From assembly GCA_013265495.1 (NCBI GenBank), contig MU058844.1:2459520-2523519 (forward strand): a stretch of DNA of 64,000 bases, given 5' to 3'. Of the stretch, positions 52,386-64,000 are shown one piece after another (the stretch's first letter is position 1; every line of letters starts with the position of its first letter). Origin of the DNA: Vicugna vicugna. Lineage: Eukaryota. The position numbers and the translations under genes were made by a program. The notes beneath the pieces are model-generated. The model had not been told where the DNA came from. It saw only the letters and a program-made list of their open reading frames with translations, and did no database searches.

Positions 52386-55300
52386 TAAAATAACATATCT
52401 TCAATATGGAAAGCACATTTCTGTCTGCTTGTGTATTTGTGAGCAGGGTAACAAATACAAAAAAGAGAACATAATTCTGTTTCCAAATACAGTTTGTTTT
52501 AAAATGTATTTATTTCTTAGAACATGTAAGGGAGTGAGAGAAGGAGTGAAAAAGTTTGAACGAAAAACACAAGGTTCTAACGCCCTGAGAATTACTGTAC
52601 AGGGATAAAGAAAGAAGTCGTAAATACTATACTAAAGGCATGGGGACCAGGAGAAGTGGATCCTACGCATACCCAAGAGAGTACTGTAACCATAAATTTT
52701 AATGTAGATGCTTGCATTTGACCAGTGCCAAGAAGTCCCATTACTCTAAGTCACCCCAAGCATATTCAGCACATCTTGTTCGAGGCTTTTTTTTTTTTTG
52801 AGCCAGTTCTTGGTATTGAATATAGAGCTAAAAAAGACAGGCTTTCATGGAGATTGTGCTTAGTAGCGGTAGTGAGCATGCGCAAATACAAAAAAAGTTA
52901 CCGGGACTTGGTAGATACTTCTTTAAAAAAAAAAAAATCTGTTACTTAACAGCAAAGCTTTCTTCCTGGCAGAGTCTATTTTTTATGGCACAGTTTAAAC
53001 GTAAACTTTGCAAAATTATCTCGCAATTCCTTAAATCCTACCAAACCTACATACACATTGTCTATGAAATAGATTTAGCTATTTTATAAATCGTAAATCA
53101 TCATGTTCCCCCTCCTAATGAGATAACACAAGATGAGAGGGGATATTTTTTATTGATTCCCCCCCGACTTCCTAGGTTCATCCTAGTTGGATTTGCTCAA
53201 TCAGCCCTTACCCAATTAGTCTTTTTAAATTCTTGAGTCAGTTCTGAGTAAGACAAAAGTGAATTAGCAACCTCTGTTCAACCTGAGAATACAGCCTAGG
53301 AGTAGTCTTTTCTCAATGAAACCAGTACTTTCGGTAAATTCTAGTTACCTGTGGAGCTTCTTATTTAGCTTTCCATGTACCTCCAGAACTTCTCTTTCTC
53401 CTCTTCCTGCTCTTTCCTTCCATCACCAACAGGGTAAATACATTTATCTACATGGCTATTTTTTTCCCCATTGTCTGTCTGCCTGATCCATTGACGACAG
53501 CTAGAAATAGAACCCTGTCCTGTAACAATGGAATCAGAAAACACCGTCACTCCCAGGAACTGAGTCCTATTTCCCATTATCCTGTGTCTGACTAGGGTCC
53601 TTCTTGAAAAAGTCACCACTGACTTTGAGTATCAGCTCTAGTTTGAAAAACCATCTTTAATTGGTTGATGTTCATGTACAAAACCTGCCTAGACTAGGTC
53701 TCAACTTTCATTGCTCACTGTCATAACAGCCTGCCATTAAGCAAGCCAGCTACAGGGGGACACATTTACTTTAGGTGCTATACAAACCCAACATTCTCTC
53801 CCTCCTTCCCCACTGTTCATGTTACTGAGAACTTGGCGTATTTAAACATGCTCATAGTATGACCATACCTAAAGAAATTCATTCTTTTGCAGTGTATACC
53901 CCCAAAATATATAGAATTAATGTATACAAAGGAAGATAAAAATAGTCATGCTGGTACAAAATGTTTACTGACATTGACTAGCTAAGAACAAGACTTAAGA
54001 GTTGTTAGTCTTTTCAGACACACTGCTTGAGTTAAGAAGCAAATTTCAGCTAGCTCTGCAGCATTAGTCAGATCTTTGAGCTTAAAATTCTGAATTGTTT
54101 AATATTTTCCATCACTGTGAAGGTAAACATAGTCATTAATCCAACATCTTGGCAATAGCAATGTTTTGTTGTGAAAAAGTGGATCACCAAGACTGTGGTA
54201 AATACGTGAGTGCACAGGAAATTTTGATATACAGTGTTTGTGAGAATGGATAAACAACATTCTTGAAATGTATTTGACTGGATGTTTATTCTTTAAATCA
54301 CCATAACCATTTATATAAGAAGCTTAGAATGATGTTAAAATATTTTTGAAATAGTCTAAAATATCTTCACATATAATTCACATTTATTTTCCAGCAATCA
54401 TGAAAACTGAATTATCTTCTCCAATAAAACAGTATTTTACCCAGCAAAGAAAAGTGTTATAGAGTCATATTTTAAGAGGGTCACATTTGAGCATAAGCCA
54501 AATAGCTAAGCCAATCCTTGCTTTTTAAGGTAAAAGAAAGAAAAAAAAGTAAGTTTGAGTGCTTTCTTACAAACTTCAGTTTTATAAGTGGTGTACTCTA
54601 GTAACAGTAATTATTACATGTAAGTGATTTTATGTGGCATAAGCTTAATTCATAATATAATTATTTGCACTTTTAATGATTCCTAGGGTTTACCAGAGAA
54701 GAAAAAATAAATCTAATGATTCCATACACTGAATTTTCTATTATTAAATTTTAAAATATATTTTGGAGGAAACATACACATATTATACATGTTATATATA
54801 GGAAATAGGTGTTAAATTATAAAAGATTTGCCATATCTAAACTATTTCCTTTCTTGTTTCTGTGTTGCAAAGATGCATCCAGGATGACCAAAGTGAGCCA
54901 AGAGAGGCTTGACTGATGTGCAGAGAAAAAAGAAACAATTTCAGGATAACTATTTAATGTGTCAGTTTGCCTGGGTTCATAAGCTAAAGAATGAGAAAAG
55001 GTTCTGAGTCCACTTTCAAATGGAATGCTTAAAAAATATGGAATCTCCCAAATGGAAACTTATGTGGCTAATTTCCTTCCAATGGGACTGAATTGGCATA
55101 CATATAACTAAAATTCTTCAATGTGAAACAAAGCATTTTCTCAAACCATGTCTTTCTCCATTTTTCTTATCTTGTTAATAAATGTCAGAGATGGAATAAA
55201 AAGCCAATTGTTTAGAATATGCAGGAGAAATTGTGACTTCAGCCTGAGCAATCTAAATTTCCTGGCTTTCCAATATAACTTAGATTATATTTTCCACTGT

Positions 55301-55829
55301 GGAGGGTAATGAATTTGGGGAAACTCTTAAAAATATTCACTCGGGATAATTTGTATCTATATGGAAAGGATTGGAGGAAACAAAATTTGCTATAGTTATT
55401 ACAGAAGAATCACTTGGTTCTTTGACATACAATGTATGTGGCCATCATGATGCCACACTTCCTTCCCATCAACTAAACCTATGCTAAATATTGATGTTTG
55501 AAGACAAGGAACAAAAAGAAGGGAATAAATGAAGAACCACTCTCCCCCTTTCCTCACTGATTGATTTCTGGTGTGTGCCTTTGTAGTCTGAACCCAGTTA
55601 GGAGAGAGTGCGAATGTGGGGCCATGTGTAAATAACTTTTTCAATCTGAACTCCTCCTGGTTTTAGTTACAAAATTAGGATTGTGTCAATGTAGCTTCTC
55701 AGATCTCTTCCATTTACTTACTGAATTACTATGGTATACACTTTTGGTATTCAAAGAAATATAGACAAAGAATATAGGAATTCTATGGAATTTATCAAAA
55801 GTAAATAACATAGCCTTTTCAAACACGTG

Positions 55830-56975
55830 AAAAATCAACTTTATAATAGATTAACTCCTGGCAAATTTTTACCAAGAGTAAAACATAGTAAAACGAGGAG
55901 AAGCAACTATAAATGGAGAATCAAATGTGAGAAATCCCTAACAAAGCAATTAGAAAAATGCAAGCATAGAAGGAACTATTTGCTGCAAAGCAAATCTTGA
56001 CTGTGTAGATGGAGAGTTTATCATATGTCAGAAAAAAAAGAAATACTGAACCCCTGAAAATAAGACATAAACTGATACATATACCAAACATAAAAAAAAT
56101 GTAATTATCATTTTGAAGCCAGACTGTTCCACCACAACATTAAAGTACTGAGAACAAAAAAAAGCAACATCTGAAGAATGTTCAGGGGAAAAATATTAAA
56201 TGTGTTCTAAACGAGGACAGCAGTCACGTAAAAAGAAAACACAGAAAGACATTTTGAAATACAAAATAATTTTTTTTAAAAGTATCTCTTAAAAAGTCTA
56301 TCTGAAAATGCAATCCAGTCAAATAATGAATCAAAATTAAAAACACATAAATCAACAGGTCAAAGACTGAAAGGATTAGAAGAGTATTCTGAACCCATGT
56401 AAACACATCATTAAATTCTAATAATTATAACAGACTGTAAAGCAGAATTATTTTAATTACAGAAATAAAAGCCAACACATTAAAAATAATAGAGAGGCAA
56501 AAATATCCAGAGTGTGCCAAAAATGGGGAGAGCTAGCCAGAGAGAGAAGGGTATAATAGTCCTTAATCTTTTACAGCAGGGAATCAAAGGATATTGTTTC
56601 TCTAACTAGAAAAGTTGGCAACATAATTTAAAGATAGAGAGATAATCACTTTTAGAAAAGAACAATGAATAGATTATATTCCTTCCAAATGAGCAGACAG
56701 AAGAGAAAGAATAGCAAAAACAATTAAAATAAATGATACCCATAACAATGTTTAGACTTAGACACTCAAAGCAAAACAAAACCTCTGATAAGGCAGTGGA
56801 TGCAAATTTAACCAAACAGATACAATGCATCCTGAAAACTTGTAAAGAAATAAAGTAAGCTGTAAAAGAAAAATAATCAGATCAGCTTCATATTTTTTTC
56901 ATCAGTAAAACTAGATGCCAAAAAATGAAACACCTTCAAAAATTTTAGGGGAATAGTTTATCTACAATTCTATAC
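55830..56975 (+). mobile_element. Very old L1/HAL1-like A-rich remnant
   Basis: A-rich strand bias and ORF1-like motifs such as 'atcagatcagcttca...aaactagatgcca...caccttcaaaaattttagggg'. Confidence 0.45.
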
Positions 56976-56977
56976 TC

Positions 56978-57422
56978 TCATGGTAGGTTGTATGATTCAA
57001 AACTATTCACTCCCTCCTCGTAATAGGATTATACATCCCTGTCAATCGACCTGTGATTTTCCTAAGCATTAGTTGCCATGGCACTGACCACAGATGTTGA
57101 CCAGGTAGATGTGCTTTTAAACTGACACGTGAATGGACATGGTATTTGCCAGATGTGGGTTGGAAGCTTTAAATGTCAATCTGGTTTGACATCACCCTTG
57201 CATCCCTACCCTCTGCTGTGAGCATGCACATCCTAAATAGGGGCCACTCTATCAGCCTGAGGCTCTGAATAAGAAGATACTGAGCTGCTGAGCCAAGCTG
57301 AGCTGCACAGATTCAGGCAGAGATGAAGCTAATCCTCAGCCCTCATACTGTGTGAGCCAGAAATAAATACATGCTGTCGTAAGTCACTGAGATTTCACCA
57401 CAGCGAAACTGAAAAAAATACA
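56978..57422 (+). mobile_element. Old MaLR LTR (MLT1H-like)
   Basis: 3' end 'tgtgagccagaaataaatacatgctgtcgtaagtcactgagattt...cagcgaaactga...aataca'. Confidence 0.65.
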
Positions 57423-57793
57423 GACATAAAAAGAACTCATACTCCCTGAGGAGAGAATTCATTGTATTCTCAGCATTTATTTCCCTTTTGTTCTAATGTT
57501 AGCACAGAGACTTTCTTCTGGCAACTATTCCTTTCTCAAGCTCCATCCATCTCCAAGCTCCATTCAAATATTTTGGGTGATTTTATGCATAATTCCTAAC
57601 TCCATGAGGGGAGATAATATTCTTTGGCCGTACTGATCTGATCAGAGGAGGGTACATGATTCCTTTCCGCCAAGAGAGACATGTTCTGTAACTTTTACAT
57701 AGTGGCATGGTTTCTACTGGGAAAACCTTTCCCAGGACTTATGCAGGGACAGATTAAGTCCAGATCCTTCAGGGCCCATCATGAGAAGATAGA

Positions 57794-58013
57794 TTTTTTT
57801 TTTAACTAAAAACTATTTTTTTTAATTGAAGTACAGTCAATTACAATGTGTCAGTTTCTGGTGTACAACACAATGTCCCAGTCATGTATATACATACATA
57901 TATTCATTTTCATATTTTTTCCATTAAAGGTTATTAGAAGATATTGAACATAGTTCCCTGTGCTATACCAAAGAAACTTAAAAAAAATCTATTTATACAT
58001 ATATAAACTATTT
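57794..58013 (-). mobile_element. 5'-truncated camelid-type L1 3' UTR
   Basis: 'ttaattgaagtacagtcaattacaatgtgtcagtttctggtgtacaaca...atagttccctgtgctata'. Imperfect TSD gaagatagatttt (57785) / gaagacagacttt (58014). Confidence 0.85.
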
Positions 58014-59139
58014 GAAGACAGACTTTTTAAAAAAGGCCAAACAAAAAGTAAAATTGAGACTGAGAGAAGATGACATTTTTAAGACCCTGAGTACAACTAT
58101 CATACCCCTGGACTCTTCTTGAACTAATGATTCTCCTTTATGCTTTAGACAAGTTGTAAATTATTTTTTACTCATAGGCAAAATTACGTATATTACTGTA
58201 GCCCTCGTTCACCTTTTTTTTTTTAATTTGATGAAGTACCCAAGGAAAATGAGTGAATCAAGAAAGAAGACTTTGAATTTTTTTTTAAAAAGCATAAAAC
58301 TCAATGAAACAGCGAAGTTCAAAGAAACAGATGTGTATTTTTTGACATAACTGGTCACACAGTGGGAAAAAAATTGCCTTTAAGAATCCAAGAAGGATTT
58401 CTTCAGAAATGTGTCCCAAGCAACAGGAAAAAAAAAAAAATTAAGAAACTGGAAGACATTAGTAACTGAGTAAAGAATGCACATGCTTTATTTTTCTTTT
58501 CTTTTCCCAGTATGAGGAAACAAGGCAGTAAGAAAAATCCAACTCTACTACAAATAACTATACAAGAAAGTCCTCATTTGGAGTTGATGGAAACCACAAA
58601 AAACATTGTTTTGGGAAGTTGGTGGAATATAGGAGAGGAGGATCCGTTTGTCCATTTTGCCAGAAGCTAAGGGTGTTACCGATACAGACACAATTTTTAG
58701 GTAAAACTGACAAAAGTCTAGAGACAGAAAATCATTCATTTAGGAAATAAACATTGATAAATAAGAAGTTGAGAAATCAAGAAACAGAAATTTAAGTATC
58801 ATATTGCAACTATAACCATGTCAGTTCAAAGATATTTAATTGTCAATATTTGTGAATATCTTCTGAAAGTTAAAGGGATTGTCTCTTACAAAAAGGCCTG
58901 ACAATGCAGAGCATTAGGAAGGACAGAGGAAATTTGCTTTCATCACAAGCTAATTTTGTACAAACTTGTACAACTGGATTTCCTACTTGCTCATGTGTAT
59001 TATTTTTATTTTTATAAGTAAATGAGCTAAACTCAGCTATTAAAAGAAAAATGCTTTAATTAACCTAAAATAAATTTTGAGCTACATGCCACATGCAAGA
59101 ATTCAAAAGAGGAGCAAAAAATAAGACCGTGAACTCTAA

Positions 59140-59590
59140 AAAGTCATTAATAAGAAGACAAACACCCAATTTAAAAAGTGTACCAAAAAATTTGAAAAGA
59201 GATATAAAGTTGGTTAAGCAAGCACATGAAAAATTGCTCATTCTCATTAGTCATTAAGAAAATTCAAATTAAAGCCACAATGAGATACTACTGCATGACT
59301 TACCATGCCAAGTGCGGAAGATGCCGTAGGGCTGCCAGAACTCATACCCTTTGGATGGGAATGTAAAATGCTGTAGATGTCTTACATAGGGTGGTAGCTT
59401 CTTAAAAAGTTAAACATGCACTTGCCCTATAACCCAGCCATTCCACTCTTAGATATTTACCCAAGGGGAGGAAAAAATATGACCACACAAAACACTTGTA
59501 CAAACTGTTCTTACGGCTTTGTATGTTAATAGTCAGAAACTGGAAATAGGATTTCCAGAAAGACAACTGTGTGAACCTGCTCCTCAGCAA
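59140..59590 (+). mobile_element. Old L1M ORF2 C-terminal fragment
   Basis: 'cattagtcattaagaaaattcaaattaaagccacaatgagatacta' and 'acccagccattccactcttagatatttacccaa'. Confidence 0.8.
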
Positions 59591-59629
59591 AATAAGCTCA
59601 ATGATAAAAAATTTTAAAAGCCAGAAAAT

Positions 59630-60775
59630 AATAATAATAAACTGTCCTAAGAATACAGAGCAAAAGAAAACATTTACTTATTAAAATCTGTCAGTAAGAA
59701 CAATGAGCATTTGTGGCACTTGAGCCACAGCCAGCTCCCTCTTTCTCCACCCCCAGCTCAGCAAAGCAGAAACTCTCCACTCTGGTCAAATGTGGCCTAG
59801 ATGATGGCGCTTTATCTCACCCCAGACCTGCACCAGAAACTGTAGTATCTCCCCAGGAGAAGAAGGCTGCAAGCGTTTCTCATCCCTCCAAGTTCTGTCT
59901 TGCAGAAGCTAATTCCGAACAAATGCAGGCAAGAAGTAGAGGGTGCCTTCCCTCCATTCAGCTCTCATTCATAGGGTGGAGGCTCTACCAGGCAAGGGAG
60001 ATTGGAAATAATGTGCCCCCATATGTTAATAAATATAGTCCTTGCCCCAGCTTGCTTGTGAGGCAGACAGTCCATGCTAGTAGAGGAAAGCCGAGAAAAC
60101 CACAGGCTACCACCCTCACCCAGCACCCTGCTCACAAAGTAGAGGAAGCACCAGAAGACAAGGGGTCCATGGTCCTCTCCCGCAGTTCTGGGGCACTGAC
60201 TCAGAGATTTCTGCCTATGAGCAGAGGAAGGCCTTAAGACCAGAGGGCTCCAAAGCTCTCTTCAGGTACACTGACTTTATTGGAAATAAAGTATGAGAAA
60301 GGTTCAAGCCTAAGAACGCTCTTGAAAATAATGGGGATTTGGAGAGCAAGCAGATAAAAGGAAGCTGGAGGCTTTAAGAGAACAACCAGGTAAGACATAG
60401 GCCAGCTAATTTATCAGGGGAAGAAATGGCTAAAATTACATCTTCTAGTTCCAAAATAAACTTCAGAACTGTCTTCAAAAACTACTCCAGAAAAGGGACT
60501 TGGTTTTAATTGGTTCAAACCACGGAGCAATTTATACCCCAAGGCATCACCAAAACCATTAGAGCAATCAGCTGGCAGGTAGTGGCACCTATGGAGCCTA
60601 ACCACTGGGTGTAGTACCAAAAGAGACAGAGAGCTTAACAGAAAAAAAAACAGGAGCGGAGTCAGAGAGAGCTCTGCTAAACCAGTCACTTTTGACAGTG
60701 CACACTCCAACCCTGCATTCTCAGAAGTGCTATCAGAGGTATCACATTGCAAGGAAGTAGATTTCACTAAAATAA
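59630..60775 (+). mobile_element. Probable ancient L1 5' UTR remnant (L1M2/L1M3-like)
   Basis: CpG-depleted, moderately GC-rich sequence with motifs recalled from old L1 5' ends: 'tgtggcacttgagccacagccagctccc...ccccagctcag' and 'ggagcaatttataccccaagg'. Confidence 0.55.
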
Positions 60776-61439
60776 AGGTTGATGATGGACTATTCTCAAA
60801 ACCACCTTGGTTTCAGCTGGTCTTTATTCCCAACAGCTGCGCCTCTCCTTCATTTATCTAGTTGTGTTTGTCCTGCTCTTCTCCCTCCCATCTCCAAGTC
60901 AAGCATGAATGTGATTAAAATCAAAGCCAGAGGCATTAAATCAGACAAAGAATTTCTTTACCACACTAGGTATATCATCCGAATTATAAAAGTATGTAGT
61001 AAAAAAGCTTTATTTCCTCAAAAAGTTATCATTTATATGAAAAGTAATAGCAAGAAATACAAAGTAGCAGAAAAATTCAGAAGTGGAAGACTTTCTAGTC
61101 TTTCCTCATGCTTATTTTAAATCTTATTTAGTGGTGAGAGAAATCCAAATGTGCAGATAAGTGATATAACCCCTATTTTCGAAAAGCCAATTTTTGTTTG
61201 CAGTACATTTAGTATTACTAAATACTTTATATTAACTTTGTATTAACCACCTAAAAAGTGTAGGTCGACATTAAAAAAATCTTAATTTTGGATGTATGTT
61301 TGCTCTGAGAACTACTGTTACTAGCAGAGCCCATTAACAATTTCCAGGAAATAAAAGTAGAATCTGGGTAATAAAATAAAGTCCTACCTTTTCTTTTCCT
61401 TCCCCTTTGTGCTTCGTCTAGTTTCACTTGCTCAGAGGG

Positions 61440-61730
61440 GGCCACATGCAGAGAACTGGCACCAGGCGCTTCAGACCAGAACTCCTACTGTGAACTGCGC
61501 GCTGCCACCACAGTTCAGGGACGCCAAGCCGTGAGGAAGCTCTGCGCCTGGCACTGCAACTCAAGATGGCGGCGGTGAGCCGCATGCGCATGTGGAGATG
61601 CTGTGCCCGCCCACACTGTGAGCCTAAGCTGTGAGCAGCCCCGCGAGAACTCGGCCTCCTTCCCGGGCAGGAACCCCACAAAGCAGCCCCGCCCACAACC
61701 TGTCCGGGCGAGTGTGTACTCCAGGGCGTA
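61440..61730. promoter_or_regulatory. Small CpG-rich promoter with YY1, NRF1 and Sp/KLF motifs
   Basis: Highest CpG density in the window. CAAGATGGCGGC at 61562-61573, CGCATGCGCA at 61581-61590, and GC boxes at 61605-61613 and 61686-61695. Confidence 0.8.
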
Positions 61731-61939
61731 ATTTCACATCTCTCTATTCTTTGATCAAAGAATAAAGCTTTCCTTTGCTTCTGAGCTGAATGCAGTCTCA
61801 TTCTATGGGCCCGAAAGACACCAGACAGGAGGACACTTGGGGCTGGATTCTAAAGGGTCAGTAAACATTACATTTCTGTTAACTTACTAGCATTTGCATT
61901 TGCAACCATTAGCATTGATTTTTGGAATAAAGATCCTAT

Positions 61940-62330
61940 CAAACTGTTAATTACTGCTGTATTATAAACCCCTCCAAACCTCAAATGTATACTAAAAAAA
62001 AAAAAGTCACTTCATTATTTTTCAGTAATGTTGCCTGGTGGTTCCTCTGCTATTTCACCTGTGCTCACTTAAGCAGCTGCATTCAGGTGGAGGGCTAGCT
62101 TGAGTTAGAATATGCAAGATGGCCTAACTTACTTTTCAGGCAGTTAGTGCTAACTTTTCGTTGGGTCATTTTAGTTCTCTTCCATGAAGCCTTTCATCCT
62201 ACAATATTCTTGACTGGCTTCTGAAATGGTGATTCTCCGGGCAGCTAAAAGTGGCAGCTGCAAACACTTAATTCCCAGGTCATTTTCTATTGGTTAAAGA
62301 ACATCGTAAGGTTAGCCTATTTACAAGTGT
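61940..62330 (-). mobile_element. Old MaLR LTR (MLT1F/H-like)
   Basis: 'gctcacttaagcagctgcattcaggtggagggctagct...caagatggcctaacttac'. Confidence 0.65.
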
Positions 62331-62614
62331 GTGAAACTGCTGAGGGACAACGCCCCCGAGATTCTTAGAAACCCTTCTGGCAAACTCAGAAGGTAAATGA
62401 GGCACGATTCAAACCTCTCAGAGGTCTGAAAAATCGTATAGGCACAGCCTTGATGAGATCTTTGTCCCCAGGCTCATTTTATGTTGAGGATTTTTTACTG
62501 ATGGGTGGAAACAGCTACTTCCAACCCAGCATGTTCTCTCTTCTATATTTTTTCTAAATTCTAATTGCAAATTATTTCCTTCTTTAGCTCATCCTTTCTT
62601 CCAATACCCTATGA

Positions 62615-62664
62615 TATGCAGCTAAATATGCACTCTAACTATGTAGCTAAATATGCACTCCAAA
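62615..62664. repeat. 25-bp imperfect tandem duplication
   Basis: tatgcagctaaatatgcactctaac / tatgtagctaaatatgcactccaaa. Confidence 0.85.
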
Positions 62665-62949
62665 CCAATCTGCACTCAACCTTCTGTCCATAGATGTCCC
62701 CAATCAGTTCCTGTTCACTGTGTGTATTTTCTACTTTTAAGTTTCTGCAGTCGATATTTTTATTAACAATCCCACTACATCACCTGGACTGCCTTTTCTC
62801 TAGTCTCCAACAGTACTTTTGCCATCTTCCCCGTCTTTGCTTATGGATTTCTCACCCACCTTCCAAGCTCCCCTGCCACCCAATCCTAAAATCAACGGCA
62901 TAATTATTTCAAGATTTTGTTATAGTAACTCTCAGATTCTAGGTACTAG

Positions 62950-63960
62950 TTTCTATACTTATTAACTATTGGTACAAAACAAACCACACCAAAACTCAGT
63001 GGCAAAAACCACCAATATTTATCATTTCTCATCAGCATGTGGGTTGGCAGGTGATCTCCCTGCTGATGTACCTGGGTGACCTCAGTGCCTAGTGGAAGAT
63101 GAACTGGGCTGTGTAAGGGAGAAAAAATAACTTCTCCCTACCTTTCTGAGTTATTAGCTGAGTCCTTGCAATAAGAGAACAATTAACAAGAAAAGATAAA
63201 CATAAGTTTATTAAAGTGTATACATCATGTATATATAGGAGATACCCAGAAAAAATGAATAATTCAAAGGGGTAGCTTAAATTTTAGACTTAAATACCAT
63301 TTTAACAGGGAAAGGGAAGGACAGCTGCAGGCCTCCTGGGGAGAATAAATAACATTTAGGAAATATGAATGGGACTTCAGAGGAATAAATGGAAGATATG
63401 ATAGTTTGTGACAGAGTTTTTCTGGGTGTGGTGTAGTCTCCTCTCCTGTGATAAGAAGCAGTCTTCTCTGGTTGGTGAAATTCCCAGGGAGGGAATTTAT
63501 GACAATTGAGCTATTTTTAGAGCACATGTCTTTAGACTGATAAGGGGAGTTCATAGAAAGCCTATTTCTGCATTTTTCAAGTGCCTATAGTTCAAAATAA
63601 TCAATCTGCCAAAGTGGGGATGGCATATTCTGCTACCCTTCAGCTATAAGGCACAAGATGGCCTCACTCACCTATCTGAAAGTTGGTGATGTTTCTCCTC
63701 TGTGACAACTTAGTTCTCCAAGTTGTCTCTTGTCTTTCATTGGACTAGATCAGCTTCCTTATGGGACTGTCTTACAGCAGCAGTTTCATAGAGCAAAGGC
63801 AAATACTGCAAGTCCTCTTGAGGCCACAGCTGCTGAACTCACACAGCATAATTTATGGTACATTGTTTTGGATAAAGAGGGTCACAGGGCCTCATTCAAC
63901 ATTCAAAGCATGAGGAATTACATTTCATCTCTTGATGCTGGTTGCTACAAAGAAGTGGTG
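62950..63960 (-). mobile_element. Old MaLR LTR split by an ERV1 LTR
   Basis: 'aaaccacaccaaaactcagtggc...tttatcatttctca' precedes the insertion and 'caagatggcctcactcac...gcaagtcctcttgaggcc' follows it. Confidence 0.7.
63112..63642 (-). mobile_element. ERV1-class solo LTR
   Basis: TG...CA termini ('tgtaagggag...ggcatattctgctacccttca'), 4-bp TSD gctg/gcta, and an antisense polyA signal 'tttatt' near 63207. Confidence 0.8.
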
Positions 63961-64000
63961 GTTTTATTTACTGTATTATAAAGATGAAAAAAAATCATAA

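Noticed and set aside
59713..60237. Longest ORF in the window (174 aa)
   Set aside because: It starts at GTG, has no recognisable domain and lies in what looks like an old L1 5'UTR remnant.
61424..61801. 125-aa minus-strand ORF across the CpG promoter
   Set aside because: GC-rich promoters commonly give stop-poor frames, and the peptide is unrecognisable and Arg/Ser/Ala-rich.

Overview
AT-rich mammalian genomic DNA, most likely from a camelid (alpaca, llama or camel), judged from a tRNA-derived Vic-1-like SINE and camelid-type L1 3' ends. It reads as intergenic or long-intronic sequence dominated by transposon remnants: L1 of several ages, L2, MIR, MaLR/ERVL/ERV1 solo LTRs, MER5 and MER20. 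I recognise no intact protein-coding gene or structural RNA gene. The ORF track is explained by decayed L1 ORF2, antisense repeat ORFs and chance ORFs. The clearest functional element is a small CpG-rich promoter at about 61.44-61.73 kb with YY1, NRF1 and GC-box motifs, whose gene I cannot name. Other points of interest are several young, extremely 5'-truncated L1 insertions (some with apparent short 3' transductions), an orphan L1 5'UTR, candidate non-coding exons and candidate enhancer motif clusters. I found no convincing novel biological system. Repeat subfamily names come from recalled consensus sequences, not a database search, and boundaries of old repeats are approximate.
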